Source: Octopus sinensis
Lineage: Eukaryota
Length of the DNA stretch: 64,000 nucleotides
Assembly (NCBI RefSeq): GCF_006345805.1
Contig: NC_043013.1
Location: 2,914,001-2,978,000 of the forward strand
Direction: 5' to 3'
The notes under the pieces are model-generated. The model did not search any database. It was not told where the DNA came from and saw only the letters and a program-made list of their open reading frames with translations. The translations under genes and the position numbers were made by a program. This document shows positions 12,656-26,070 of this stretch, in pieces. Within the stretch, counting starts at the first letter, position 1, and each line of letters begins with the position of its first letter.

Positions 12656-13059
12656 GAACGTTAAAACTTAGTGCGCATGCGCAGCAGTGATCAAGGTGAA
12701 TCTGAGCCAAGCAGTTTCACACTGCGGATACCTATTAATCAGATAGCGCGCGTGCGCGTGTATGTGTGTGTATGTGTGTGTATGTGTGTATAGTGTGGTC
12801 TCTCTATGGCTCAAGTCAGTGGTGCAAAGAGCCAAGTGCCTATGAACCTTCTAACCCTTCAACTAACTGTTATAAAATATTTCCTACCACTTCACTCCTT
12901 CATCTTTTCGTTTGTTCATTCCCGTTCTTGCAGAATAGGAATAAGACAACAACTTTTTGCTCTCACAAAACAGTATTTTTCTGGTGCTATGTTCTTTTTT
13001 TTTTTTTTTTTACTACTGATTTCTTGAGGATAACCGTTGACCTCTGCCGCTGTTGGATT

Positions 13060-13700
13060 TACCTGTAGTTCAAGATTTCTGGAAAGAAGCCATACATCTT
13101 GAATTGCAATTGAAAGTAGCAGTGTGGAATGGAACAATAAAAAGATTATACTGGATATTAAAAAAGAGAAAAATCCTGCCAAAACACTACAGTTTGCAAC
13201 GTTTATTGTGAAAACAATACCAAATAATAGAGAGACAATTAAGTCAAATGCTCAAAAAGTTAGCTCATCAATTGTTGAACCTTTTTTGTTTCCATATATA
13301 TGATACGATGCTAAAAATAGAACGGCTCGTGAGTCAATGGATCGAAAAAGTATATGACCGGATTGCATTTGTCACTTTCCACGAGCAGAAATTCTACAAG
13401 AAATTAAGCAAGATATTGTGACTTTTGCAAATGATTTAGAGTTTGAAGAACTATCGAGTTTGTTGTTGTTGAATTGCTAGTGCCCCAAAGGGAAAGTTTA
13501 TCTAACGAGGAGCTGATGTAATTGGAACAAAAACAGGCTAAGAATACAGATGAAAGCAAAGAAATTCCACTAGTTCCACTTAAATTTGAGATTATATAAT
13601 ATAGGTACAGAATCGACAATTATAGAGGATGGTCTGAAAGCTTTTGCTGATAAATGCTCGAATGATAATAGTTGCATAAACGATTATAAGCGTTTACAAT
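13060..13700 (+). pseudogene. Highly decayed Tigger-like transposase remnant
   Basis: IVKTIPNNRETIK is HTH-like; ELLVPQRESLSNEELM*LEQ resembles the Tigger C-terminal acidic motif. Confidence 0.5.
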
Positions 13701-13724
13701 GAGCTCAATTTCTCCGCTGAGCTA

Positions 13725-13950
13725 AGGTGGTGAGCTGGCAGAAACGTCAGCACGCCGGGCGAAATGCTTAGCGGTATTTCGTCTGTCTTTACGTTCTGAG
13801 TTCAAATTCCGCCGTGATAGACTTTGCCTTTCATCCTTTCAGGGTCGATAAATTAAGTACCAGTTACGCACTGGGGTCGATGTAATCGACTAGCCTCCCC
13901 CCCCCCTTCCCCATAAAATTTCGGGCCTTTTGCCTAGAGTAGAAAAGAAA
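13725..13950 (+). mobile_element. tRNA-derived SINE family B
   Basis: GAGCTGGCAGAAACG head, GAGTTCAAATTCC B-box, and central GCCTTTCATCCTTTC.GGGTCGATAAATTAAGTACCAG (resembles a conserved metazoan SINE central domain). Many copies in the window. Confidence 0.85.
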
Positions 13951-13979
13951 AGAATTTCTCCACTGAGCTATACAAAGAA

Positions 13980-14149
13980 CAGGGCCAGCCCTAGGGTTGC
14001 TGGCGCCCCGGGGGCAAGCTGGATTTCGGCGTGTACAAGCTGACGGTCGTGGAAATTTCCATGTCTTTGTCACGCCCTACTTGGTGCCCCATAGTACATG
14101 GCGAGCCGGGTGGCAGCCCAAGTTGTATCGGTACCTTCAGCAGGCCCTG
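13980..14149. mobile_element. hAT-type MITE
   Basis: Termini CAGGGCC...GGCCCTG; 8-bp TSD ACAAAGAA/ACAAAGAG. Confidence 0.75.
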
Positions 14150-14281
14150 ACAAAGAGATGATGTGTCATAAATATCAAATTTTATTCGCATTATCAAGTA
14201 AATACTGATGATGATAATGAACTATAACACAGAAGATAGTAACCCTCCGAATAAATATCATTCTATCACTACCCTTTAGAC

Positions 14282-14587
14282 CAGGGCTGGCAACCCGAGG
14301 CCCGCAGATGTTTATCTTGCGGTCTACGTGATATTTTCTTGAAGTATTGTGTTTAATTTCAAAATAAAATTGTTTGTGTAAAATATTTGTTTCAGAATTT
14401 AAAATTTTTAAGCGGCAATAAAGCAAAAGCCTACAATTTTATAATTTTAAACAAACGAAAAGTATGAAAAATTTTTGATTCTGTAATTTGATTATTTGAC
14501 TATTAGTGCATTAATTATTCAAGCGGTCCTCAAAAACCTTTCTAAGATTAAAATGGCCCACAATGTAATTCGAGTTTGCCAGGCCTG
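14282..14587. mobile_element. hAT (Charlie-like) MITE
   Basis: Termini CAGGGCTGGCAAC...GTTTGCCAGGCCTG; flanks CTTTAGAC/TCTTAGAC. Confidence 0.7.
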
Positions 14588-14928
14588 TCTTAGACAATAG
14601 TCAAGATCTTTGGAAGCGCATATCTTTATTCTATATAACGATTCCTATTTATTCTTAACGTATACAATAAATATACATACTGTGTTGAACTACATATAGA
14701 AATTGCTATTTTTATGCATAAAAGTGATCGTGTTCAGTTTTCCTTTCTTTCTTTTTTTTTTGAAAATATCCGTCGGAACGTATTATCATTTTATAACATG
14801 AAAATCAATGGGGAAAATAATTCCGTGTTACGGGATTTCATGTTATGACAAGTTTATCAGGGACATACTGCTTCCGTAACGCGTATACATACATACATAC
14901 TACATACATACATACATACATACATACA

Positions 14929-14959
<31 letters not shown>

Positions 14960-15744
14960 GTACGTATATATGTATATATGGTATGTATGTATGTGTTTAC
15001 TTGTATGTGTATGTACGTATGTATAATATGTGTGCTTGGAGTACAATATGCATGTAAACTACATAAAATATATGATGCAAATATCATAATGAATTGAAAA
15101 AAATAGAACATCAAAAAGTACAATTAAATAAATTACATGCAAATACGTATAATACATATGTATTTATGGCATTTTGTCACCGAAACGGTTTTTGTTTCAG
15201 GCTGTTCATGATTCTCCCATCAAACCATTGTGCAAAATTTTAAAAAGTAGAACAGAGTACAACAAACAATAACAACACTAACAACAACAACACCAAGAAC
15301 AACACAAAAACAAACTCAACAAAATAAGAAGGAAAACAATAAGGTCAGAATATCAATGAACTGTAATTGTATTTTAACAAAAGAGCGAATGAAAAACGGC
15401 ATTTCCCTCCCTTCGTTTCTCTTCTCTATCTCTCTCTATCCTCCACCACTGCTGTCCGCCTTTCTCTCTTGTTCACTGTCGCTTTTTTTTTAAAATTCTT
15501 TCCATCTATCCTGCTTTGACACTTTATATTTCATTTTTCATTCTTTCTTTCCTTTCACATTTCTATCTCTCCCTATCTTTCATTTTCATCTTTTCCTCTC
15601 TGCTTCGTTTCCTTTGTTTATTTTTCATGTAGTTCTGTGTTTGTTTCTTGCTGTCTTTATATTTTAATATTTTCTTTTTGAAGTTTACACCATAATTCTT
15701 TCTTTCCCACACTCATTCTCTATCCCTTTCTCCACCCCCATATA

Positions 15745-16780
15745 ATACATACATACATAACATACACGCATACATACATACATACAAACATACATACATA
15801 CATACATACATACATACATACATACATACATACATACACGCATGCATACATGCATAGATGTGGGCATACATACTAACGTACATACATAGATGCATACATA
15901 TATACATGCATACATAGAAACAGATAGGCAGATATACATACATAGATGCATACATACCCACATGCGTATATATGTACATACATACACATATAGAGACAGA
16001 CAGATATACATGCATACATACATACATACATACATACACACATACATACATATATACATACATACATACATACATACATACACACATACATACATACATA
16101 CACACATACATACATACATACACACATACATACATACATATATACATACACACATATATACATACATACACATACATATACATATATACATACAAACATA
16201 CATACATACATACATACATACATACATACACACACACCTACATACATACATACATACACACACACATACATACAGACATACATACGTACATACATACATA
16301 CAGACATACACACATACATATCCGTATACATACACACATACATACATACATACACACATACATACATACATATATACATACACACATATATACATACATA
16401 CACATACATATACATATATACATACAAACATACATACATACATACATACATACATACATACACACACACCTACATACATACATACATACATACATACATA
16501 CATACACACACACCTACATACATACATACATACACACACACATACATACAGACATACATACGTACATACATACATACAGACATACACACATACATATCCG
16601 TATACATACATACATACGTACACACACACATACATACATACATACATACACACATACATACATACACACATACATACATACATACATACATACATACATA
16701 CATACATACATACATACATACACATATCTATATACATACACACACATACATAAATATGCATATGTATGTATATCATCCAC
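15745..16780. repeat. About 1-kb degenerate (CATA)n satellite with higher-order duplications
   Basis: The marker CATATCCGTATACA recurs about 277 bp apart (near 16317 and 16593). Confidence 0.9.
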
Positions 16781-16979
16781 TCTCTACCTCGACTCTCATA
16801 TTCTTCTCCTTCCTTTAACTTCCATTAACATCGCCCCCGCCTCCACCCCATATATCCTGCCACTTCACTTCCGACTACTCGTCCTGCACCACCCTTATAT
16901 GTGCGTGCGCATGTGCACGCATTCGTGCCTCTGTGTATACATACATACAACATACATACATACATACACACACGCACAC

Positions 16980-17033
16980 AAACACACATATATATATATA
17001 CATATACATACAGACATACACATATATATATAT

Positions 17034-17102
<69 letters not shown>

Positions 17103-17176
17103 AAATCAAGATATTTGTACATATACATGTACGTCAAAAGTACTTATCTGTGTATGTACACACACATACACGCACA

Positions 17177-17223
<47 letters not shown>

Positions 17224-17494
17224 GAATTACTATAAATGTTATGTAGGCTAACTGAATTTAAAGCAAGTACATCGAAGTACATAGATATTGTTCTATATAT
17301 ATGTTCGTCCTGTGTTGCTTAAATTTAATTAGACGACGTAACATTACATGAATTTATATTACTCTTAACTTCACTTTTACTAAGCTCTCTGGTACAGTTC
17401 TACAAAAGAAAATACGTACTAGTGGTATCTTGTGAATACGTGTATATATAAATATATGTGTATAATATATATATATAATATATATATATTATAT

Positions 17495-17525
<31 letters not shown>

Positions 17526-17794
17526 GTATATGTATAGTAGGTATGTATGTGTGTATGTATGTATGTGTGTGTGCCCGGTTGTTTTAATCGTGTAAAATGA
17601 AATCGTATAAATCGGGGCTGATATGGTTTTAACGATATTATTAATAAACACACGCGCGCGCGCGCGCGCATAACTTTGATTATTCACTGAAATGGAGATA
17701 ATAGATACGATTTTCATATGTATATGTGTCTGTATGCACACAACACACATATATATATACATATACATACACACACACACACATATATATATAT

Positions 17795-17863
<69 letters not shown>

Positions 17864-17951
17864 AAATCAAGATATTTGTACATATACATGTACGTCAAAA
17901 GTACTTATCTGTGTATGTACACACACATACACGCACAGACACACACACACA

Positions 17952-18003
<52 letters not shown>

Positions 18004-18274
18004 GAATTACTATAAATGTTATGTAGGCTAACTGAATTTAAAGCAAGTACATCGAAGTACATAGATATTGTTCTATATATATGTTCGTCCTGTGTTGCTT
18101 AAATTTAATTAGACGACGTAACATTACATGAATTTATATTACTCTTAACTTCACTTTTACTAAGCTCTCTGGTACAGTTCTACAAAAGAAAATACGTACT
18201 AGTGGTATCTTGTGAATACGTGTATATATAAATATATGTGTATAATATATATATATAATATATATATATTATAT

Positions 18275-18305
<31 letters not shown>

Positions 18306-18573
18306 GTATATGTATAGTAGGTATGTATGTGTGTATGTATGTATGTGTGTGTGCCCGGTTGTTTTAATCGTGTAAAATGAAATCGTATAAATCGGGGCTG
18401 ATATGGTTTTAACGATATTATTAATAAACACACGCGCGCGCGCGCGCGCATAACTTTGATTATTCACTGAAATGGAGATAATAGATACGATTTCATATGT
18501 ATATGTGTCTGTATGCACACAACACACATATATATATACATATACATACACACACACACACATATATATATAT

Positions 18574-18642
<69 letters not shown>

Positions 18643-18730
18643 AAATCAAGATATTTGTACATATACATGTACGTCAAAAGTACTTATCTGTGTATGTACA
18701 CACACATACACGCACAGACACACACACACA

Positions 18731-18782
<52 letters not shown>

Positions 18783-19011
18783 GAATTACTATAAATGTTA
18801 TGTAGGCTAACTGAATTTAAAGCAAGTACATCGAAGTACATAGATATTGTTCTATATATATGTTCGTCCTGTGTTGCTTAAATTTAATTAGACGACGTAA
18901 CATTACATGAATTTATATTACTCTTAACTTCACTTTTACTAAGCTCTCTGGTACAGTTCTGCAAAAGAAAATACGTACTAGTGGTATCTTGTGAATACGT
19001 GTATATATAAA

Positions 19012-19050
<39 letters not shown>

Positions 19051-19257
19051 GTATATGTAGGTATGTATGTGTGTATGTATGTATGTGTGTGTGCCCGGTT
19101 GTTTTAATCGTGTAAAATGAAATCGTATAAATCGGGGCTGATATGGTTTTAACGATATTATTAATAAACACACGCGCGCGCGCGCGCGCATAACATTTGA
19201 TTATTCACTGAAATGGAGATAATAGATACGATTTTCATATGTATATGTGTCTGTATG

Positions 19258-19290
<33 letters not shown>
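16980..19290. repeat. Three tandem copies of an about 780-bp unit
   Basis: ATGAATTACTATAAATG occurs at 17222, 18002 and 18781; copies are nearly identical outside the microsatellites. Confidence 0.95.
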
Positions 19291-19291
<1 letters not shown>

Positions 19292-19344
19292 CATACACAT
19301 AGTTATATGTATGTATGCTTGCACATAAGATATGCATAAGCATG

Positions 19345-20075
19345 CATGCATGTATGTATGTATGTATGTATGTATGTATGTATGTATCTATGTATGTATG
19401 TATGTATGTACGTATGTATGTGTGTATGTGTGTATGTGTGTATGTATGTATGTATGTATGTACGTATGTACGTATGTATGTGTGTATGTGTGTATGTACG
19501 TATGTACGTATGTATGTATGTATGTATGAATGTATGTATGTATGTATGTATGTATGTATGTATTTGTGTGTGTGTATGTATGTATGTATGTGTGTATGTA
19601 TGTATGTATGTATGTGTGTGTGTGTATGTATGTACGTATGTATGTATGTATGTATGTATGTATGTATGTATGTATGTATGTATGTATGTATGTATGTATG
19701 TATGTATGTATGTATGTATGTATGTGTGTGTATGTATGTATGTGTGTATGTATGTATGTATGTGTGTATGTGTGTACGTATGTATGTATGTATGTATGTA
19801 TGTATGTATGTATGTGTGTGTGTATGTATGTATGTATGTATGTGTGTATGTATGTATGTATGTATGTATGTGCGTATGTATGTATGTACGTATGTGCGTA
19901 TGTATGTATGTACGTATGTATGTATGTATGTATGTATGTGTGTATGTATGTATGTGTGTATGTATGTATGTATGTATGTATGTATGTATGTATGTATGTA
20001 TGTATGTATGTATGTATGTATGTGTGTATGTATGTATGTATGTATGTATGTATGTATGTAGGTATGTATGTATGT
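19345..20075. repeat. About 730-bp degenerate (TATG)n satellite
   Basis: Directly visible. Confidence 0.9.
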
Positions 20076-20339
20076 ACGTACATTCCGCTGCGCACGCGTG
20101 TTTGTTGTGGTAAAATCATGCGTGCAAAACCACAGATTTCGCCTCTACAGTTCTTATAATGATATTACGTGGATGTGTTGTACGTTTTAAAGTTATCTGT
20201 TCTGATGTCTTTTTTCCTGTTTCCTTTAATTGTTCGAGCGGTTGCTACGCTTATATCAAACTGCTTCGGACTTTCTGTTGAAACCTATCCCTTTTTAGTT
20301 TGATTTAATATATCAATTATCATCTATTTTTTATCTTTC

Positions 20340-20462
20340 ATCTTTTACTTGCTTCAGTCATTGGACTGCGGCCTTGCTGGGGCACCGCCTTTATGGGTTT
20401 TAGTTGAACGGACTGACCCTAGTAGTTATCTTTTTAAAGCCTGACACTTTGTATCGGTCTTT
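20340..20462 (-). mobile_element. SINE family A 3' fragment
   Basis: Reverse complement of the family A tail. Confidence 0.65.
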
Positions 20463-20569
20463 TATACCTTAGAATGATGGATTAACTCAGCATTTGGAAG
20501 TCTGATATTTAATTTCGAAAATATTCATCATCATCGTCATCGTTGTCGTCGTCATCATCATCATTAATG

Positions 20570-20802
20570 CCTATTTCTTTACTACCCACAAGGGGCTAAA
20601 CACAGAGAGGACAAACAAGGACAGACAAAGGGATTAAGTCGATTTTATCGACCCCAGTGCGTAACTGGTACTTAATTTAACGACCCCGACAAGATGAAAG
20701 GTAAAGTAGACCTCGGCGGAATTTGAACTCAGAACGTAACGGCAGACGAAATACGGCTGCGCATTTCACCCGGCGTGCTAACGTTTCTGCCAGCTCGCCG
20801 CC
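20570..20802 (-). mobile_element. SINE family B, full length
   Basis: Reverse complement of the family B sequence. Confidence 0.85.
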
Positions 20803-21977
20803 TTATCATCATCATCATCATCATCAATGCCGCCATCATCATCATGATTGTATGGATCAGATGAAATTCACTGGGACACATTTTTTCTACGGTCGAATGC
20901 CCATCTTGAGCTCAGCTTTCAAGCAGCGTAGCAACGAACAGTTCGGACATGATTTTGCAGAGAACAGTAAACATACGACGACGCCGCCGCCTGCATGGAC
21001 AGTGAGACTTTTTTTGTTTGCAATTTGCAGGAACATGTCAAGAAGCTTTGTATGACTTTGTTTAAACTGCGTATGCATACGAAGATATGCGCGGGAATAC
21101 GAACATAGTCACGCATACATGCATACATATTTAGCGATGTGGTAAACGGTGCAATGTGGCTACAACCCTTGTAATATTATATCTTCGAGTTTTTATAAGA
21201 GTCAGGATAAAGAACATCAAGAAATACGAAGACAAGTTAAAGTTGACTGCAATATTTATTCCGCCGCTAAAAGGAAATACAGCAAACTGGTATAACATGA
21301 ATAAATCTGTCACATAAAATGCATAGTATCAAAGTGATTCTTGAAGATGAAGATGAACGCGGGAATAAGAAAAAAACATGGCGTCAAGGAATCTTGCTAA
21401 CAATTCTCTCTTCACTGATTAAACTCAAAAGACCTGTAAGCTAAAAAAAGACCGTAATTTTGGCTTTGGTGACTTCAAGCATCCACTCGGCACGCACAAG
21501 AATGGCCATGTGACCACTTGCAGAAAATTCCTTGCTGGAGCCCATAAGGGACTATTTAAGGATAAACAACCAAAACTTGAACATCGCATCACTACACATA
21601 CATAACGGGCTTTTGTCAGGTTCACTCACAAGGAATCGGCCAACTCGCAGAGATAGTAAAAGACGCCAGGCAACCGCAGTGGGATCGAACACCTAACCAC
21701 TTGGTTGTCCTGAAGCGATCTACATGACTGCATTTATAACACGATATGGAAAAAAATATTTTACCTTACGTGTTAGTTTAGAGTGTGATCTACAGCACCA
21801 TCGAAAAAAAAACAGAAAGAAATTAAAATGAAACTAAAACGATCAGAGAAGGGAAAACAATAAAGAGGTGTTTCGGTTTGTTTCGATATAAAGAAGAAGA
21901 CAGAAGCTAAAACTGTGCCCAGGGGGAACTGTGTCAAACGACACACGTACACACATCTTTTGTCGTTTATCTTCGAC

Positions 21978-22185
21978 ATGTTTCAGTCATTAGATTGCGG
22001 CAATGCTGGGGCAATGCCGTGAAAAATTTTCAGTCGAATGAATCAACCTTACTACTTAGTTTTTTTAAGTCTGATACTTATTTTATCGGTCTCTTTTTGC
22101 CGAACCACTAGTTTACAAGTACATAAAGACACCAACACCGGTTGTCATGCGGTGGGAGAATTCAAACACAGACACACACAGCACA

Positions 22186-22217
<32 letters not shown>

Positions 22218-22420
22218 TACGCGCACACACACAAACACACACACACACATACACACACATGTATTTATACGACAGGCTTCTTTTTGCTTTTGTCTACCCA
22301 AATCCGCTGACATGGCTTTGTCAGCCCGAGGCTATAGTAAAAGACAATTGGCCAAGATGCCACGCAGTGGGACTGAACCTCGAACCATGTAGTTGGGAAG
22401 CAAGCTTCTTACTACATAGC

Positions 22421-22422
<2 letters not shown>
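21978..22422 (-). mobile_element. SINE family A, diverged
   Basis: Reverse complement of family A with internal (CA)n. Confidence 0.8.
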
Positions 22423-22459
<37 letters not shown>

Positions 22460-22638
22460 GTGTGTGTTCGTGTGTTCGTGTGTGTGTGTGTGTATGTGTG
22501 AGTTTGTGTCAGTCGGTCTTTACGTTCTGAGTTCAAATCTCACCAAGGGATCGATAAAATAAATACCAGGTAAACACTGAGGTCGATGTAATACCAACCT
22601 GCCCCCGAAATTACTGGCCTTGTACCAACATTTGAAAT

Positions 22639-22682
<44 letters not shown>

Positions 22683-22685
<3 letters not shown>

Positions 22686-22855
22686 CCACTAGACACATTT
22701 TTTCCTCTCCTTGTTTGTTTTTTTTCTGTCCCTTTCTGTAGAAGAGCGTAGGCTCGAAAGGTAAAATACCTTTTCTATTCCTGAGCGTTATATTAATACA
22801 TCTGTTTGTTTTCTACACCACCTGTCTTCGTCTTTTACTTTTTTCGTGAACTCTT

Positions 22856-22860
<5 letters not shown>
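22683..22860 (+). mobile_element. Hammerhead-bearing short element, family C
   Basis: CTTT-CTGTAGA-A-GAGC-GTAG-GCTC-GAAA-GGTAAAA at 22732-22766. (TA)n on both sides; homologous to 61893-62080. Confidence 0.7.
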
Positions 22861-22911
<51 letters not shown>

Positions 22912-23201
22912 AATATATTATTAATAGTAAATAAAATATTAGTGGTTATTCCAAGCATGAATCGTGAGGCAAGTTTTAAAATTATGGTGGAACTGGAACT
23001 CCGAAGCCACAGACACACCTCACCTAAAAACAAGCATGGTGAAAATCGTGCAGAAAATAAAAGTTTAGGCTCCTACCTATATATATATATATATAATATA
23101 TCATATATATATATATATAATATATACATTTATATATATGTGGGTGTGTGTGTGTGGTGTGTGTGTAGGTGTGTATATATATATGTATATATATAGATAG
23201 G

Positions 23202-23251
<50 letters not shown>

Positions 23252-23548
23252 TATATGTTATATATATATAATGTATATATATATATGTATTATATATATG
23301 TATGATATATATAATATATATATATATTATGTATATATATAATATATATGTATATATTATATGTATATTATATAATGTATTATAATATATGTATATATAT
23401 ATGTATATATATATATATATGTATATATATATAATATATGTATATATGTATATATTATATATATGTATATATATATATATATATATGTGTGTGGTGTATA
23501 TATATATGTATATATATATGTATATATATATATCTAGGTATATATATA

Positions 23549-23593
<45 letters not shown>

Positions 23594-23599
23594 AATATA

Positions 23600-25185
23600 G
23601 GTTCCCTGCTTGTGTCCTGAAGGTGTGTCGACACCAACTTGCATCTCCCCTTGCTAATCTGTGGAGAAACTCACTGGATGCTGGCTATATTCCAAAAAAC
23701 CTTCTGTTCTAGTCTGTTGTCCCAGTTTTCAAAAAGGGAAACAAGTCCCTTGCAGTGAACTACCGTCCGATCTCTCACTCACCTCTCATATCATCAAGGT
23801 ATTGAGAGGGTGGTGAGATCTCGAATAACCCAATTTCTGGAAGCAACAGACGGCTGATCTCCAACCAACATGGGTTCCGTAATGGAGGGACTGCCTAACG
23901 CAGCTCCTGCATCACTTTGAGGACATTTTGAGAGCTTTGGAGAGGGTTCCAACACCGATGTCATCTACTTGATTTCAGTAAGGCCTTCGACAGGGTCGAT
24001 CACAAGATCCTATTGAAAAAAACTATCCAACATTGGTGTCTCTGGAAAGTTACTGAAATGGATCAAGTGTTTTCCCTGACAGACAGATCTCAACATGTTG
24101 TAGTTGAAGGGGTAAAATCAAGCCCAGCCAAAGTCAGTAGTGGCGTTCCGCAAGGCACTGTGCTGGGCCCACTTCTTTTCATCATTACATTAATGACATT
24201 AATGACATCATCAAGCACAGCAACATAAAAATCTTTGCAGATGACTCCAAGCTACAGAAGGTCATAAATGAGGCGAGTGACCGGACATGCCTTCAGTCAG
24301 ATCTACTGGCTGTTATCCAATGGGCAGGAAAAAACAATATGCTGCTGAACGAGGATAAATTTGAGTTAATCCCTTTGGAAAAGAGGATGCCCTGAAACTC
24401 CCATACTCCTTCCTTCAGGTGAAACTCTCGCGGCGTCCAACAACATCAGAGACTTGGGAGTAATTGTGGACAACAACATAAGCTGGGCCACTCATATAAA
24501 CACCAAAGCTGACATGGCCCGCAGAATGTGTTCCTGGATTCTCAGAACTTTCCAGTCGAGAGATATCCACACCATTATCCTTCTCTTCTCCACTTTTGCC
24601 CGACCCCACCTTGAATACTGTTGTCCACTGTGGTCTCCCCACACAATACAAGGTATCATAAAAGTTGAAGCACCTCAAAGGGCAATCACAAAAAAGATAG
24701 ATGGCATGACAGGCCTCGACTATTGGGTCGACTAGAAAAGCTAAAACTCTATTCTCTCCAACGTCGTCGTGAGCGCTACATCATCTGCATGATGTGGAAA
24801 ATATTCCATCAGCATTGCCCAAATGATGTTGGCATCACCTTTAGGTACATCCAAGGCTTGGGCCCGTGCCATCCGCCCAAAACAAAATCGCACTTTCATC
24901 TCATAACAATACGGCACAATTATTTCACCTCAATTGGCCCCGCTCTCTTAACATTACACCAAAACACATTAAAACAGAAACTGACTCTATAGGGTTCAAG
25001 AAGTCTTTGGACAGATTCCTTCAAGAAATCCCGGATAAACCCCCTACCCCGGATATGTCTCTGTAAACAATAACTCTCTACTTGAGTGGCCATAGTGCCC
25101 AAATTCTGATTTGAAAGACTTCACCAGGTGGTGCTATTAAGTTAGACATGGCCTGGCCAATAATGGCCGAAACCTATCAAAGTAT
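23600..25185 (+). mobile_element. 5'-truncated CR1-like (CR1/L2/Jockey group) LINE, RT pseudogene plus 3' UTR
   Basis: Motifs VVPVFKKG...NYRPISL, QHGFR, DFSKAFDRVDH, SGVPQGTVLGPLLF, IFADDSKL, RPHLEYCCPLWSP and LKLYSLQRRRER; many frameshifts. Confidence 0.95.
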
Positions 25186-26070
25186 ATTACATATATATAT
25201 ATATATATATAATAATTTATTTTCAAGAGCACAAATGCTGATAGAACAGCAGAGACAGGATAAAAAATCCATACAAAGCAGGAAACTATGTCAGCAACCA
25301 GCCATGAGATTCGAACTCATATGCTTTTGATTGCCGGTCAAGTGTTTCTAAAGGCAAATATTGGTTTGTTTACATTTATCGCAATAAACTTTGCAGCCTT
25401 GCCGTGTTCTACTCGGTAGTTGTATAGGTTCTAAAGTGGATAGTTTAGCTTAATTGTAAAGCACTTGACCGGTAACCAAACGGATGTAAGTTCGAGTTTC
25501 ACGGCTGGTTGCTGACATATTTTGCCGATTTGTATAGCCAGTTACATAGATAGATATTTGTGAGTGTGCATCAAATACAATCTAGTTCCTTGTTGACTAA
25601 AATTATTGTTGGAAAACACTCAGGGACGCTTGTTACGTGAAACATTGATATTTATTCTTTTATTTGTTACAGTCATTTGACTGCGGCCATGCTGGAGCAC
25701 TGCCTTTAGTCGAGCAAATCAACCTCAGGACTTATTCTTTGTAAGCCTAGTACTTATTCTATTGGTCTCTCTTACCGAACCGCTAAGTGACGGGGACGTA
25801 AACACACCAGCATCGGTTGTCAAGCAATGTTGGGGGGGACAAACACAGACACACAAACATATACCTATATATATATATATATAATTTATATATATAATAT
25901 ATATAAATATAAATATATATATACGACGGGCTTCTTTTTGTTTCAGTTTCCGTCTACCAAATCCACTCACAAGATTTTGGTCGACTCGAGGCTATAGTAG
26001 AAGACACTCTCCCAAGATGCCACGCAGTGGGACTGAACCCGGAACCATGTGGTTGGTAAGCAAGCTACTT

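Noticed and set aside
16980-19290. CRISPR-like or other prokaryotic array
   Set aside because: Eukaryotic context; the repeats are long tandem units without unique spacers, and there are no cas genes.
15685-20159. Long ORFs of 200-417 aa (MYVC/HTYI repeats)
   Set aside because: These are translations of (CATA)n/(TATG)n satellites, which lack stop codons; the same applies to most ORFs in the track.
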